Shown: in pieces, positions 24,669 through 37,950 of the stretch
How positions within the stretch are numbered: the first letter of the stretch is position 1
How the letters are laid out: every line of letters starts with the position of its first letter
NCBI RefSeq assembly: GCF_006345805.1
Contig: NC_043003.1
Span: forward strand, 52,142,001-52,206,000
DNA length: 64,000 nucleotides
Reading direction: 5' to 3'
Origin: Octopus sinensis
Taxonomy: Eukaryota
Notes under the pieces: generated by a model
The model's database searches: none
What the model was told of the DNA's origin: nothing
The model's input: the letters and a program-made list of their open reading frames with translations, nothing else
Position numbers and translations under genes: made by a program

Positions 24669-25167
24669 ACCCTATTCATGAGCTTAACATAAAAATTAGA
24701 AGAGTTTACTATGACCTGATTTTCTCTACTGAGCTGTACAGCCGCTCAAATAGATGCTGATGAAGATGAACCGTAAGACAAATGATAGTGTCCTTCATCT
24801 ATCTTCCCTGTAATTCTCATTTAGTCCCCCCACCAACAAAAGTTAACATGTTTTAGTGCAAGAACGCTCCCTCTTACGATGTTACGATTCTAATTTATTC
24901 CCTAACGTATTTCTCTTCAAATGTTTTTATCTATACACATTGTACCTACTGCGTATGTTTAGAATTTGTTTATATGCATATAAGTGGTCGTATTGCTTGT
25001 TCTCTGTTGTTGCTTCTTCAAGAAGAAAAAAAATCCATCGGAACATGTTATCTATTTCAAACATGAAAATAAATGAAGAAAATTAATCTCGCGTTATGGG
25101 GTTTTGCGTTACAACCAGATTTTCATGACAGCATTACTTCCTTAACGCGGACGTGTTACACACATAC

Positions 25168-25205
<38 letters not shown>

Positions 25206-25445
25206 CTTTTTTTTTCAGTCATTTGACTGTGGCCATACTGGGGCACAGCTTTGAAATTTTAGTCGAATGAATTGACTCCAGTACATTTTTTTTTTTTTTT
25301 TTCGTGTCTGGTACTGTATTGGACTCTTTTTCCGAACCGCTAAGTTACCGGGACGTAAACACGCCAGCTGCCGAGCAGGTGGGGGTGGCTCACAAACACA
25401 GACACAAAGACACACACACACACACACGCACACACACACACACAA

Positions 25446-25488
<43 letters not shown>

Positions 25489-25638
25489 ACTGGCTTTTTT
25501 CAGTTTCCGTCTACCAAATCCACTCACAAGACTTTGGTTGGCCCGAGGCTTTAGTAGAAAACACTTGCCCAAGGTGTCGTGCAGTGGGACTGAACCCTGA
25601 AACATGTGGTTGGGAACCAAACTTCTTACCACACAGTC
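25206..25638 (-). mobile_element. SINE family B
   Basis: Collinear with other copies. Confidence 0.88.
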
Positions 25639-25666
25639 ACGAGAGAGAGAAAGAGGGGAGGGAGAG

Positions 25667-25705
<39 letters not shown>

Positions 25706-25731
25706 AACAAATGAAGTTGATTTATTTTATA

Positions 25732-26228
25732 CTAGCTTAAGGTAACCCGCTCTACGCGCGGGTGAGGTTGTGGTTGTTACTTTCTGTTGCTTCCTTTCTG
25801 TTTCTTAACGCCACATTCTCTTGTTTCTCTCTCTTTTCTCACTTTCCCAATCTCTTATTCTTCCTTTCTCTCGGACGCTCCCTCGCTTTCTCTTACTTTT
25901 TATCTTTCTCTATCTATCTCCCTCCCATTTATAAATAATTTGATTTCCGCGTATAAATTACAAATCAGCTTCCACTTTATCACATTTGAAATTTGATTGA
26001 AATCGGGCAAAAGGAGTCCGATCTAGACCCCAAAGTGTCCCCCCAAATCAATAAAATACCAGTTTTCACACCAAAGCAACCACTGTAGCGTCCCAAAACG
26101 TCTCGCAATCAATTTCCCACTTCAAGTTACGCCCTCCTGTGAATTTTAATCTCCTTCCAGCCCCATTTAGACCCCTTTTTACATAAAAATCTAATTTGTA
26201 TCAACGTTCGCCTTCTTCATTTTATAGA
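25732..26228 (-). mobile_element. Non-autonomous Helitron
   Basis: Minus strand A|TCTATAAAA ... hairpin CCCGCGCGTAGAGCGGG ... CTAG|T. Confidence 0.65.
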
Positions 26229-26591
26229 TTAGACAGATATACCGGTCCTTGCTCGGGATTAAAATAGTTTATTATCATTTTACTTGTTTCGGCATTATAA
26301 CCCGATTTCATTCGGGTGTACGCGGGCCATATTTTAAAAGATTAGAATTTTGCCCTAGAGGCGATGCCCTTCAACTGAGCAAACTCAATGTTGCCATGCA
26401 AACTCGCTAGCACTTTTAACATAGGTGTGGATATTTTCAGCTGAATCCGATCATATATGCACACATTATATATATATATACATACGCATTAAATATGTAT
26501 ATATATACGCATTATATATACATGTCTACACACACATATATATATATGTATATATATATATGTTACATATATATATCTACACACATATATA

Positions 26592-26681
<90 letters not shown>

Positions 26682-27231
26682 ATATTATATATACATTATA
26701 TATATATTTATATACACACTTATATATATATAAATTAACACAGTATATCTGATTAATACTATCTGTTATGATTGTGCGATGGTGGTGGGCGATAATATAT
26801 CACCGTTTTAAAAGACGGGTATATTTAAACTGTTGCTATTGTAACGCTTTCTCTCAATAGATAGAGGCAGAAATACAGTGAGAAAGGTGGTGGGAGAAAG
26901 AGTGACAGTGCTGGCGAAGGCAGCGGGGCAAAGATAGTGGAAGCTTCAAACGTCGTTATAGAGAGAATGTGAAGGGAAGGGAGGAAAGAGAGAGAGACGG
27001 ATGAAGACAGGCAGATAAGAGAAAGAGAGAAACGACAAACACTTGTCAAAATGTGGGGTTTTTTGCCCTAGTAACCACAGCTTTTGAGATGGGGGTTTCT
27101 AACCTATCCCAGTCACATCCTCGCCTCGTTTTACATGTCCCTGTAAATTTTAGAGCGAATCCGACCGGATCTAGCGCCATTGAATCCTTACCAAAGCCAA
27201 AGTGTGCAAGTTTTTTTCCTCTTTTATATAG

Positions 27232-27799
27232 GTAGAGTATCAGTATAACCCTGCTTTGCCCGGGATTAAGTTAGGATTATTAAGCTAATCAAGTTCTTTA
27301 TTTCAAACCTAACTAACATCGACGTCAAATTTGGGCGAAATCCGTTGAAATTGGTTTATATATATATGGGCAACACACACACATACACACACGTACGTAC
27401 ACCTGTTGCATACATGTTTTTTTTGTACGCATGCATGTTGGTGTGTGTGTGTGTGTGTGTGTGTTGTGTGTATATCAACAAAACACTGTTTTCCTCGATG
27501 GAAAAAAATTAACAAAAGTCTTAACAAAAACTTACTCGTCGCTAGAAGGGGACTTAACTCCTGTTTGCAAACAAGGGTGATTCCTCCAACTTGAAAATTG
27601 TTAAAAGTTTTGGTTGAAAATTTATTTTTACTGCTATTTGATGATATCTCTTGGAAAAATAAGTTGACGAAAATACAGCTAGGATCATAACGAATGTCCT
27701 CCTAAAATTGGAGCGGCATGCGTGCTAATTTGTAGACGTGCATAAATTACATTCACACACACACACACACACACACAGCCTGCCTTTTATATATACAGA
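27232..27799 (-). mobile_element. Non-autonomous Helitron (3' terminus reads CTAC, not CTAG)
   Basis: Minus strand A|TCTGTATATATAAAAGG+(TG)n start; hairpin CCCGGGCAAAGCAGGG at 27249-27264. Confidence 0.55.
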
Positions 27800-28448
27800 T
27801 TAATGCCGATACACTTAACCGATTTTATATTTGTATGGTTTTCAAACGTTCAAGTTTTGAAGGACATGGAGCTGTGTCACGAACTGTATCGTTTGTCACA
27901 CACGCCCTCGTCGTTCAACCGATTGCCTACTTTGCAATTAGGAGCTAAATAACAAAGCTATTCTTATTTACCACTGACAAACTTCTTTTTACCACATTCA
28001 CACCACTGCTTTCATTTGCCACAGTCACATCATATCTGTTATTTGATACAGTCCAACCTTGCTATTATTTCAAGTCACATCATTGCTGTTGTCGCAATTA
28101 CGCCTCTACAAGTATTTGCCAATGACACACGACAGCAGTTATTTATCATCATCACATCATTGCCGGTTCTTACGACGAACACACCACTTTGTATTTACCA
28201 GAAACACACTTTTACTGATATTTTTCCGCGGCAACACCACAGTTATTATTTGCAGTTCTGCATTAGCTGAAACCTGGGGAAAATATAGATATGAATGAAC
28301 ATCTTAACCGTAAACCTGGGACCGAAGGCAAAATTGAAGTGGGGTTTAGCCTAAGTTTCAAAAGATATGCTTTTACAACCCAGTCGAAAATCCCCATTAT
28401 GTTACACTTCTTAGAAGGACATTACACTCGTAATATTCTGAAATGGCA

Positions 28449-28661
28449 AGGCGGTGAGCTGGCAGAAGCGTTAGCCCGCCGGGCGAAATGCTTAGCGGTA
28501 TTTCGTCTGTCTTTACGTTCTGAGTTCAAATTCCGCCGAGGTCGACTTTGTCTTTCATCCTTTCGGGGTCGATAAATTAAGTACCAGTTGCGTACTGGGG
28601 TCGATCTAATCGACTGGCCCTCTCTGCCAAAATTGCGGGCCTTGTGCGTGGAGTAGAAAAG
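28449..28661 (+). mobile_element. SINE family A
   Basis: 17-bp TSD AATATTCTGAAATGGCA (28432-28448 / 28662-28678). Confidence 0.92.
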
Positions 28662-28749
28662 AATATTCTGAAATGGCATCAAGTGTTATTAATTTCATGT
28701 GCTATAAGACCTTCTTGCTAAAATAATTGATTCAAATTTTGAAAAAAGG

Positions 28750-29158
28750 CCAGCAATTTTAAAGGAATGGCTAAGTCGATTACATCAAACTCTATGCTCA
28801 ACTACTACTTTATTTTATCGACCCCAAGTTGCTTGCCCTCGTTGGAATTTGATCTCAGATCGTAAAGAACCACAAGAAATCTCACTAAGTATTTTATCCA
28901 TCATCTTAGCCATTCTGCCAGCTCGCCGCCTCTTTGACCAAAATGATAATCCTTTCTGCTACAAGCAAGGCCCGAAATTTTAGGGATGGGGCTAGACGAT
29001 TACATTGACCTAAACTAAACTGGTACATATTTCATCGATCCTGAAAGGATGAACCACAAAGATGACCTCAGTGGAATTTGAACTCAAAACGTAAAAACGG
29101 ACGAAATGCTGCTAAGCATTTTCCCCGGCGTGCTAACAATTTTATCGGCTCCCCGCTT
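28750..29158 (-). mobile_element. Two degenerate tandem SINE family A copies
   Basis: Heads at ~28930 and ~29158; ATCGA(C/T)CC and GGAATTTGA(A/T)CTC motifs. Confidence 0.7.
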
Positions 29159-30136
29159 TCCTGCTAAACTAATACTGCCAACAATAGTGATAACCATTCT
29201 GGGATAAATATTAAAAATTAATCTAAATGCCGAATACATTAAAACTTATCAACACAAAAATTATTGGTAAGACAATTTCTTTTAAAATATATGCCCACTG
29301 CAAACATAAATGCCAGACGTTTTGTCTGTGAAAAAAGAAAAAAACAAAGAAAACAGAGATCATATACATTCTAGGAGTAGGTAGCTCAGAGGATTTGAAC
29401 ATTTAATTAAAAATCATAAAGAAAGGGAACTTTTATTGACAGGTGCATTACCATCTAATCCTTGGATGCCTTTAGTGATTTTGTACTATGAGTTCAAATC
29501 CCTCAGAGATCAGCATCACTTCTCCTTCTTTCGGGGTTGTACTATTCGAGAGTGGTGGATTGGCAGAATTATGAGTGGGTCGAATAATATGCTTTATGAC
29601 ATTTGTTTCTGCTCTTTACGTTCTGAGCAAGTATTTGGATGGTTGACTTAAACAGTTGCCTGTGTTAATAACACACGTTGGAATTCAGTCGTTTACAAGC
29701 ATTCGGGCCGGTTCACCGGTTTGAAGAAAAGTTCCTCGTTTCCTTCACAAATCTCGGGGTCCCTGGAAAAATGAGTATTGTCATGAGTATTGTCCTTTTC
29801 TTTAGTAAAAAAGTAAACCCAGGTTGCATATGTGTGCATCGGTATTTGTAATCAATGGTGTAATTCATTACGTTATAAATATCTAACGAATAATGTTTAA
29901 ATGTTTAAAGTTGGATTTCTCGAAGAGAAAAATAGGGAAAGAAACCATCTCACACGTGTAATCTAAAAATTCAGTCTGTAAATGTAACAGAAAATATTGA
30001 AAAATTTTCTCAAGTTTGACATGTTAATTCCATTAGCGAAAAATGTGTTTCTTAAAAACCAACCACTTCTTAAAAGGCTGAATTCGAAATGTAAAAACTA
30101 TAGAAAAATAAAATAAAATAAAGAAATGACACACTA

Positions 30137-30191
<55 letters not shown>

Positions 30192-30237
30192 CTCTTCTCT
30201 CTCTCCTCTCTCTCTCTCTCTATTTATATATATATAT

Positions 30238-30282
<45 letters not shown>

Positions 30283-30323
30283 ATATATATATACATATAT
30301 ATATATACATTATATAATATATA

Positions 30324-30392
<69 letters not shown>

Positions 30393-30490
30393 CATACATA
30401 CATACATACATACATACATTCATTCATCCATCCTTTCATCCATCCGTACGTACGTACGTACATACATACATACATACATACATACATACA

Positions 30491-30524
<34 letters not shown>

Positions 30525-31014
30525 CGTATGTAGGTACGTATATGCATATAGGCAGTCAGTGAATATGTGGCATAGATTAATGACATGGATGCGTGCAGAT
30601 CTGACACAATGGCAGCACACCATGTGTGGCAGACTGTCAGACAGCATTACACGACTAACATCATCACCACCATCACCACCACCATGATTGCCCCCCCCCC
30701 ACCACCACCACCACCACTACAACTACTACTACTATGACCACAACAACGATAAGAACAAAATTACAGCATTGCCACACAACCATCACCATTGCTATTACCA
30801 TTGATAACACAAGACATGACCAACACGCAGGACAACACCTAGAGCAAACGTAGAGCCATGTGTATGTGAGGTCTCTCAACCGGTTAGGAATAGCAGCCAG
30901 GTCATCTTTAGGTCTTTTTTTCTTAAAAAGTACTTTTCTGTGTCAAAGAAAAAAAGTATTTTAAAAAGAACACATTGATTAGTGCGTCATTGATACACAA
31001 GTTAAGTGATGACA

Positions 31015-31105
<91 letters not shown>

Positions 31106-31656
31106 TGTATATGTATATATATACACGCATACATACATACATGCATGCATACATACATACACACATACACACACACGTTTACAATCATGAAAACATTTTC
31201 CCGTTATTTTGCAAAATAATTAATAAGATATGTCCGTCTCATAAAACCTCATTAGATTTAAAACGATATTTTTTATTTTTGGAAGAAAAAAAAACTGTTA
31301 TTTAATGACGTGGAAACAGCTGTAACTAGATCTGTCATTTGTTTGTATAGAAATAATAAAATTGAATTGAATTTATCATTTAATGATTAAATTATTTAAT
31401 TAGTGAATTTTATTATTTTGTTTATATTTCTAATTTATATTATTTTGATAAACTGATTGTTTATTCTTTACCTATCTGTTATGAGCGTTAGTTCAAAACA
31501 ATGTTATTTATATAGGTACAACAATGCACCAATATATACTGGACACTGTTCTATATTTTTATACTTTAACCGTATGGTGCTTTATTTTATTGGAAAACAA
31601 ATACACTTGTGTTTGTATGTATGTATGTATATATATATGTGTGTGTGTGTGTATAC

Positions 31657-32060
31657 ATCTAAGAAATCTACTGTGGTGAGATTAATCTCAATGGTGATCT
31701 TAAGACCCATTGAGCCTATGGTGCCAATTAGGTCCATTCTAAGTCTATCTAGTGCGTGGCCGTTGGCTCCTCTAGAGATGGCTAGGGTGTCATCTCTGTA
31801 GAGGCCGAAAAGGACCGAAGGAAACCTCTGCTCTAAGATGTCAAGGATGTACAGTCCGATAAGATTCACAGACATCGGCGCTGTAATATGTTCCCATAGC
31901 TATATCAAAGGAGCCTTCGGGATCAGATTGCTTGACCCAAGTGGAATCTTTGCTGAACAGCACCGTCTTCCTGGCATGCATGATAACTCTGACATCACTA
32001 TTGCTAATATCTGTGAAGCTCTTGGCAAAGGAAAATGTCTTCAACAATAACTCTTTAGAA
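31657..32060 (-). mobile_element. Penelope RT fragment
   Basis: FDIAMGTYYSADVCE, LIGLYIL, FGLYRDDTLAI and GLKITIEINLTTVDFLD. Confidence 0.9.
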
Positions 32061-32188
32061 ATAGACGGATAAAAGTCGACAATGTGGAGCTGAGTAAATC
32101 TAATCCTCCCTCTGTCCCAGTTGGCAATAAACCATGAGGTTACCTCATTGGTGCTGCACCATAGAGGGAGGCTCGTAGAAATTTTGAA

Positions 32189-32298
32189 TTAGGGGTAAGG
32201 TTTAGATTAGGGTTAATGTTAAGGTAAGGGTTAGGGATAGGTTTAGGGTTAGGTTTAGGTTTAGGGTTAGGGTTAGGATCAGGGTTAGGTTTTGGGTT
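32189..32298 (+). repeat. Degenerate interstitial telomere-like (TTAGGG/TTAGG)n
   Basis: ...TTTAGGGTTAGGTTTAGGTTTAGGGTTAGGGTTAGG... Confidence 0.8.
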
Positions 32299-32738
32299 GA
32301 TTTCTATCGATTACCTGTTCTATCTGCCATTATTATATTAACTCTTTTCCTTGGAGTTATTTATACTCGTGACACCCACTCGTTTCTATTTTTTAAATAT
32401 TCTTATCCCTGATTTTTTCATGTCCAATAGCTTCGGCTTCCCAGGAACCACAACTATAAATTGTTTCTTCTCGGGTCATCGACTTTCTGGGCCTTATTTC
32501 CTTCGCATGTCTTTCTCACAGGTGTTTGTTTGAATCGTAATAGTACAGGAGTTGTATTAAAGATATGAATCTAAACTGCCTCGAGGGATCTGCGAATGTG
32601 TTTCTCACTGCATTCTCCTGTATACCTTGAATGTGGCGGGGGTAAGGTATGTCTGGAACACTTTTCATCGGAGATGTGATGAATCAAGGATGGCTTGAAG
32701 CTAAACACCACCAGCACCAACAACATCATCATCATCAA

Positions 32739-32779
<41 letters not shown>

Positions 32780-33445
32780 CAAATACGCAGTTACTGAATT
32801 TGCTAAAAATAACAACCAACACTCTCAAATAGTATCTAATGTCTTAGAAAAGGAATGACATAAACCCACAGGATAACGTAGTCTTAGATACACTGATACT
32901 AGAGGGAGTTGAGGCTGCTACTTCTAGCTTTCTAATGTTTAATGTTTTAGTCGCAGGTCAGCTTCTGTCCAATAGACCTCTTCTCAAAAGTGCTCCAACC
33001 ATGACCATCCCATCTTTTGTGGATATATATCGGGTTTTAATCTTCAATGTCTACTTTAAGGTGATAGGACGTGCTTTGAGAGAGATTTTAGGGGGCTCTC
33101 TAAATGACATCCCAGCTGTCAAACCCAATTAGACACATTTATCCGTTAATCACACCACTTTACATTCTTCAGTTAATCGTCAATCCAAAACTGTTCACTT
33201 TCACTAAAATTTATATGTTCCCTACCCACCCGCTGCCGAGTTCGTCTACACAGCCGGCCATTTAGACAAAGACCGCCCATGCATTCTATAATGAGATTCG
33301 ACAATCTAGTAACATTTGTATACGTATGACTATGGCCGTGTGGTTAAGAAGCTCGCTTCGTACAACAATATTCTGGGTTCGATTCCCACTGAGTGACATC
33401 TCGGGCAAGTGTCTTTTATTTATGTCCAAACCAGTTAGATAGTGG

Positions 33446-33688
33446 GGGCGCGTGGCATAGTGGTTAGGATGTTGAACCCATGATCGTAAGGTTGTGATTT
33501 CGATTCCTGGACCGGGCAATCCGTTGCGTTCTTGAGCAAAACACTTCCTTTCTCGTTGCTCCAGTCCACTCATCTGGCAAAAATGAGTATTCCTGCGACG
33601 GACCGGCGTCCCGTCCAGGTGGGGAATTTCTACGCCACTGAAACCGGGAAGCCGGCCCTTATGAACCTGGCATGGCTCGAGAAGGAAC
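33446..33688 (+). mobile_element. tRNA-derived SINE with a V-domain-like segment
   Basis: GGCGCGTGGCATAGTGGTTAG head; CCTGCGACGGACCGGCGTCCCGTCCAGG resembles the V-SINE domain. Confidence 0.65.
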
Positions 33689-33721
33689 TTTTTTTTTTTA
33701 AACCAGTTAAATATCTTTTAA

Positions 33722-35340
33722 CGAGCCAAGGAGGGAGATCTTGCAAGTCAATGGGGGATCCTCTAGGAAGCCTGTAGGGAAACTCTAGCGACGCCGCGTG
33801 GGAGCCTCTAGCGAGCCATCGAGAGTACCACTGGTGAGCCAACAAAGGCTACTGCCATTAGAGTAAAAAGGGTCTTTTATTTTCGTTTTTTGGGTGACCC
33901 AAGTTTTGTTATTGAAACCGCCGAGATAGAAACTGTGCTGAAGCCTATGCAACACATTGTGCAGTCAAACCCGCAGTATCCATCAAAAAGAAATATGAGG
34001 TATAGTATTGTTGTCACCAGAAGTACACTCTTCTGGTAAATTTCAAGGCGAGCGCACAGCAGTAGAGATCTTCAGAGGAAAAACTCCCATCCGACAAGTG
34101 TTTTGGCCCTTACACCTGACACTCTCTAGGGGAGCCGGGCCCACCCAGGTCATGACTCATATGTGTCCTCCTACTGCTTTCCAAAATCCTGTCTCCTGCG
34201 GGATTTGATCCTGAGTCATTCTTTTGTTCCCAGGACTGTGTTTCAGCCCAGGCCACTCTGACTGACGAAGGAACCAGTTCTCGTCTTCCTTCTGTTCCTC
34301 AAGGAATAATAGCCAAGTGACCCTCAAACCATGCCCTTGAAAAATAAGGGAAAACGCTTTTCAATAATGCTATTCTGGCTGCACTGACATCACAATTGAC
34401 TTGGGCCTATATAACAACGACAACAAGCTGCAAACACTTTTCATTTTCTGCAACCGAATTGAAACAGCACACAATCGGCAATCTTGAATAATTCAAACCA
34501 AGAAAATATCTATCTCAGCCAAAATGAATCGAAAGAGCCCCTAGTGAATCAACAAGGAATCTTTTAGCGTGCCAACGAGAGTCCCTATAATAAGACGACC
34601 TGGAGACCACAAGCAAGTCAACGCCTGAACTTCTAGCAAGCCAACAGGGTATTCTCTCGCGAGCCAAGAAGAGAGCCTCTAACAAGCCATGGGCAGAGCC
34701 TTTAGCGAGTCATAGAGGAAGCCCCTAGCGAGCCAACGCGGAAGCCTCTAGCGATCCGACGTGGGAGACTAGCGAACCAACGTGGGAGCCTCTAGCGAGT
34801 CAGTTAGAGATTTTTTCATGAGCTAAGAAGGGAGATCTTGCAAGTCAATGGGGGATCCTCTCCCCAGCCTGTAAGGAGACTCTAGCGACGCCGCGTGAGA
34901 GCCTTAGCGAGCCATCGAGTAGTACCACTGGTAAGCCAACAATGGCTACTGTCATGAAAATAAAAAAAAATAAAATAAAATAACAGAAACTCGCTGCAAG
35001 GCAAGAGCACAGCAGGAGAAATCTTCAGAGGAAGAACTCCCATCCGACAAGTGTTTCGGCCCTTACACCTAACACACTACAGGAGCCGGGCCCACCCAGG
35101 CCATGACTCATGTGTCCTACAGCTGCTTTCCAAAATCCTGTCTCCAACAGAATTTGATCCTGGGTCGTTCTTTTGTTCCCAGGTTTGTGTTTCAACCCAG
35201 GCCACTCTGACTGATGAAGGAACCAGCTTTCTTCTTCCTTCTGTTCCTCAAAGAATCTAGCTAAGTTCCCTTTAAACCATGTCCTTGAAAAATAAGGAAG
35301 AACGCTTTCGAACAATGCTATTCTGGCTGCACTGTCTGAA
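33722..35340 (+). repeat. Diverged tandem duplication (~0.95-1.1 kb period) with a ~23-bp minisatellite and a PLE C-terminal fragment (33930-34048)
   Basis: 33722-33860 aligns with 34820-34955 and 34045-34390 aligns with 34995-35340. Subrepeat GGGAGCCTCTAGCGAGCCAACGT. 33970-34047 matches the PLE end at 38995-39060. Confidence 0.85.
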
Positions 35341-35622
35341 AAAGAGAAAAGCAGCATGGTCATGAATAGTACATATCTCTGATCATCAGCGCTGGCCAAG
35401 GGTTAAACAACAACATCTACTATTATCTAAGAACATGGTAGGTATAATTAACTCCAGATCCTTTCTAAAAGTCCACGACCTCGATATAGCGACACCTGTG
35501 GGAGACGTGACAGAATTTGAAGAGAGTCAAACATTTCCCATTAAATTCTGTTCGAAAATCACGATGGCGCACTATTCCAAAACCTTTGATAACGTTTAAA
35601 CATAGTTGTCGTTGACATCGTC

Positions 35623-35629
<7 letters not shown>

Positions 35630-35659
<30 letters not shown>

Positions 35660-35683
35660 CAGCAGCAGCAGCAGCATCAGCAA

Positions 35684-35722
<39 letters not shown>

Positions 35723-35746
35723 CAGCAACAGCAACAGCAGTAGTAC

Positions 35747-35788
<42 letters not shown>

Positions 35789-37420
35789 CAACAGCAGCAG
35801 CAGCAGCAGTAGAACTAGTAGTAGTAGTAGCAGCAGCAGCAGTATTATAGTAGTAGTAGTAGTAGTAGTAGTAGTAATAGTATTAGTAATAGTAGTAGTA
35901 GTAGTAGTCGTTCGTTGCTGTTGTTGTTGTATCCCCCGTTGTTGCTCTTGTTATTGTGATTACTTAGATCCAATCGAACCTTAATCAGGCAGACCTATAA
36001 ACAAAGGTATTCCAACCGTGACCATCCTGTCTGTTTTTTTAAATTTTCTTTTTGTCTTTTTTCCCTTTCAGACGTTGTGTATCTTGGACAAAAGTTACTT
36101 TGTGTCCTACAATTTTTAAAGATTACAGATTACAGATTTGAAATAGGTTTAACTGTTATTTCGAACAGATTGGACGACCCGACCGCGTAGTGGAGGCCCC
36201 TTTAATGTAGCTTGTTCACTTCTGCCTGCATGATATCACGAAGATAGAGGTTAAGAATGCCATCAGGGCTGCATGACTGGGGAGATGATAAAGTAAGGAA
36301 GGCAATTAGTGTCAAATGATGAAATGTTCAGTTTTCAAGTGTCGAGTTTTGTTGTGGACCGGAGCAGGACATGTTACTATGGTAGCGATAACGATCTTCG
36401 TGTCACTTGTTGCTGTTGTTGTTACTGTTATTATTATTGTTGTTGTTGTTGTTACTGGTGGGGGTGATGGTGCAGCAATGGTGTTGGTGTAATTATAATA
36501 GTGGTGGTAGTGGTGGCGGCGATGGTGATGGTGATGATGGTGGTGGGCGTGGTTGTTATGGTGGTGCTCGAGGTCGTCGTCGTGGTAGTGATAGTGGTCT
36601 TAGTGATGGTGGTGATGATGGTGGGGATGATGGTGGTGGTGGTGGTAGTGGTGGTGGCTTGGGGGGGGGATAGCAATGGTGGTAGAGGCGATGGGGATGG
36701 TATTGGTAATGGTAGCGGTGCCTGCGATGGAAGTAACGGTGGTTGGTGCTGCTACTGATGATGATGATGGTGGTTGTGGTGGCGGTGGTGGTGGTTGTGG
36801 TGGTGGTGGTGGTGGTGGTGGCGGCGGCGGTGGCGACGGTTGTGGTGGTGGTGGTGGTTGTGGTAGTAGTGGTGGTGGTGGCGGCGGCGGCGGCGGCGGC
36901 GGTGGCGACGGTTGTGGTGGTGGTGGTTGTGGTGGTAGTGGTGGTGGTAGTGGTGGTGGTGGTGGTGGTGGTGGTGGTGGTGGTGGTGTGGTGGTAGTTG
37001 TAGTTGTGGTGGCGGCGGTGGTGGTGGTTGTGGTGGTGGTGGTGGTGGTGGTGCTGCTGCTGCTGCTGGTGCTGGTGATGGCGATGGCGATGGCGATGGC
37101 GACGGTGACGGTGGGGTGACTTTGTTAGTGGTGGTGATCAGGCAGTAGTAGCGGTATCGTTACTGTTGGCGAAGGTGATAGTAGCAGTGGTGGTGAAGTT
37201 TATAGTGGTGATAATAGTCTTGTTATTCGTGGTGGTCTTCATGGTGGTCTTGTATGGGTGTTGGTCTTGGTCTTGGTGCGGTGATAGTGGTAGGAGTAGT
37301 ATAATTGCCTGTAGTGGTGATGGTGGTGGTGGTGGTGGTGGTGCTGACGGTGGTGGCAGTGATAGCCGTAGAGGTAACAGAGATGCTGTGATTGATGCTG
37401 GAGGATGGCAGTGGTTGTGA
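35630..37420. repeat. Trinucleotide low-complexity blocks: (AGT/AGC)n 35630-35910 and (GGT)-rich 36400-37420
   Basis: Direct reading. Confidence 0.95.
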
Positions 37421-37573
37421 TGATAGTGAAAAAAATATTGGTGCCGAGAATGATGTGTGGTGACTGACTCATCTTGTTGTGTGTGTGAGTGTGTGTGTGT
37501 GCATGGGTGTGATTTATTTGTACATATATATTTACATGTACATACACATACATATGTGTGTATGTATTCTTAC

Positions 37574-37606
<33 letters not shown>

Positions 37607-37648
37607 TATATGTATGTATATATATATATATAGATAGATAGATAGATG

Positions 37649-37688
<40 letters not shown>

Positions 37689-37756
37689 TACATACATTAT
37701 ATATGTGTGTGTGTGTGTATGCGTGTGTGTATGTATGTATGCACATATATATATAA

Positions 37757-37791
<35 letters not shown>

Positions 37792-37915
37792 TGTATGTAT
37801 GTATGTATGTATGTAGTAAATAAATAAAATGAACAACAAACACAAAAAAAACAACAATGCGAGGATGCGCTACATGTAAAGTATTAGCAGACACTCAGGG
37901 AAGGAAAGAAAGATG

Positions 37916-37950
37916 GTTTAACGTTTCGAGCAACGCTCTTCTTCAGAAAC
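37916..37950 (-). ncRNA. Minimal type I hammerhead ribozyme motif
   Basis: GTTT-CTGAAGA-A-GAGC-gtt-GCTC-GAAA-C-GTT-AAAC. Confidence 0.75.

Noticed and set aside
34530-34920. Regularly spaced ~23-bp repeats, superficially CRISPR-like
   Set aside because: The units are contiguous and degenerate with no unique spacers, in a eukaryotic context without cas genes: a minisatellite.
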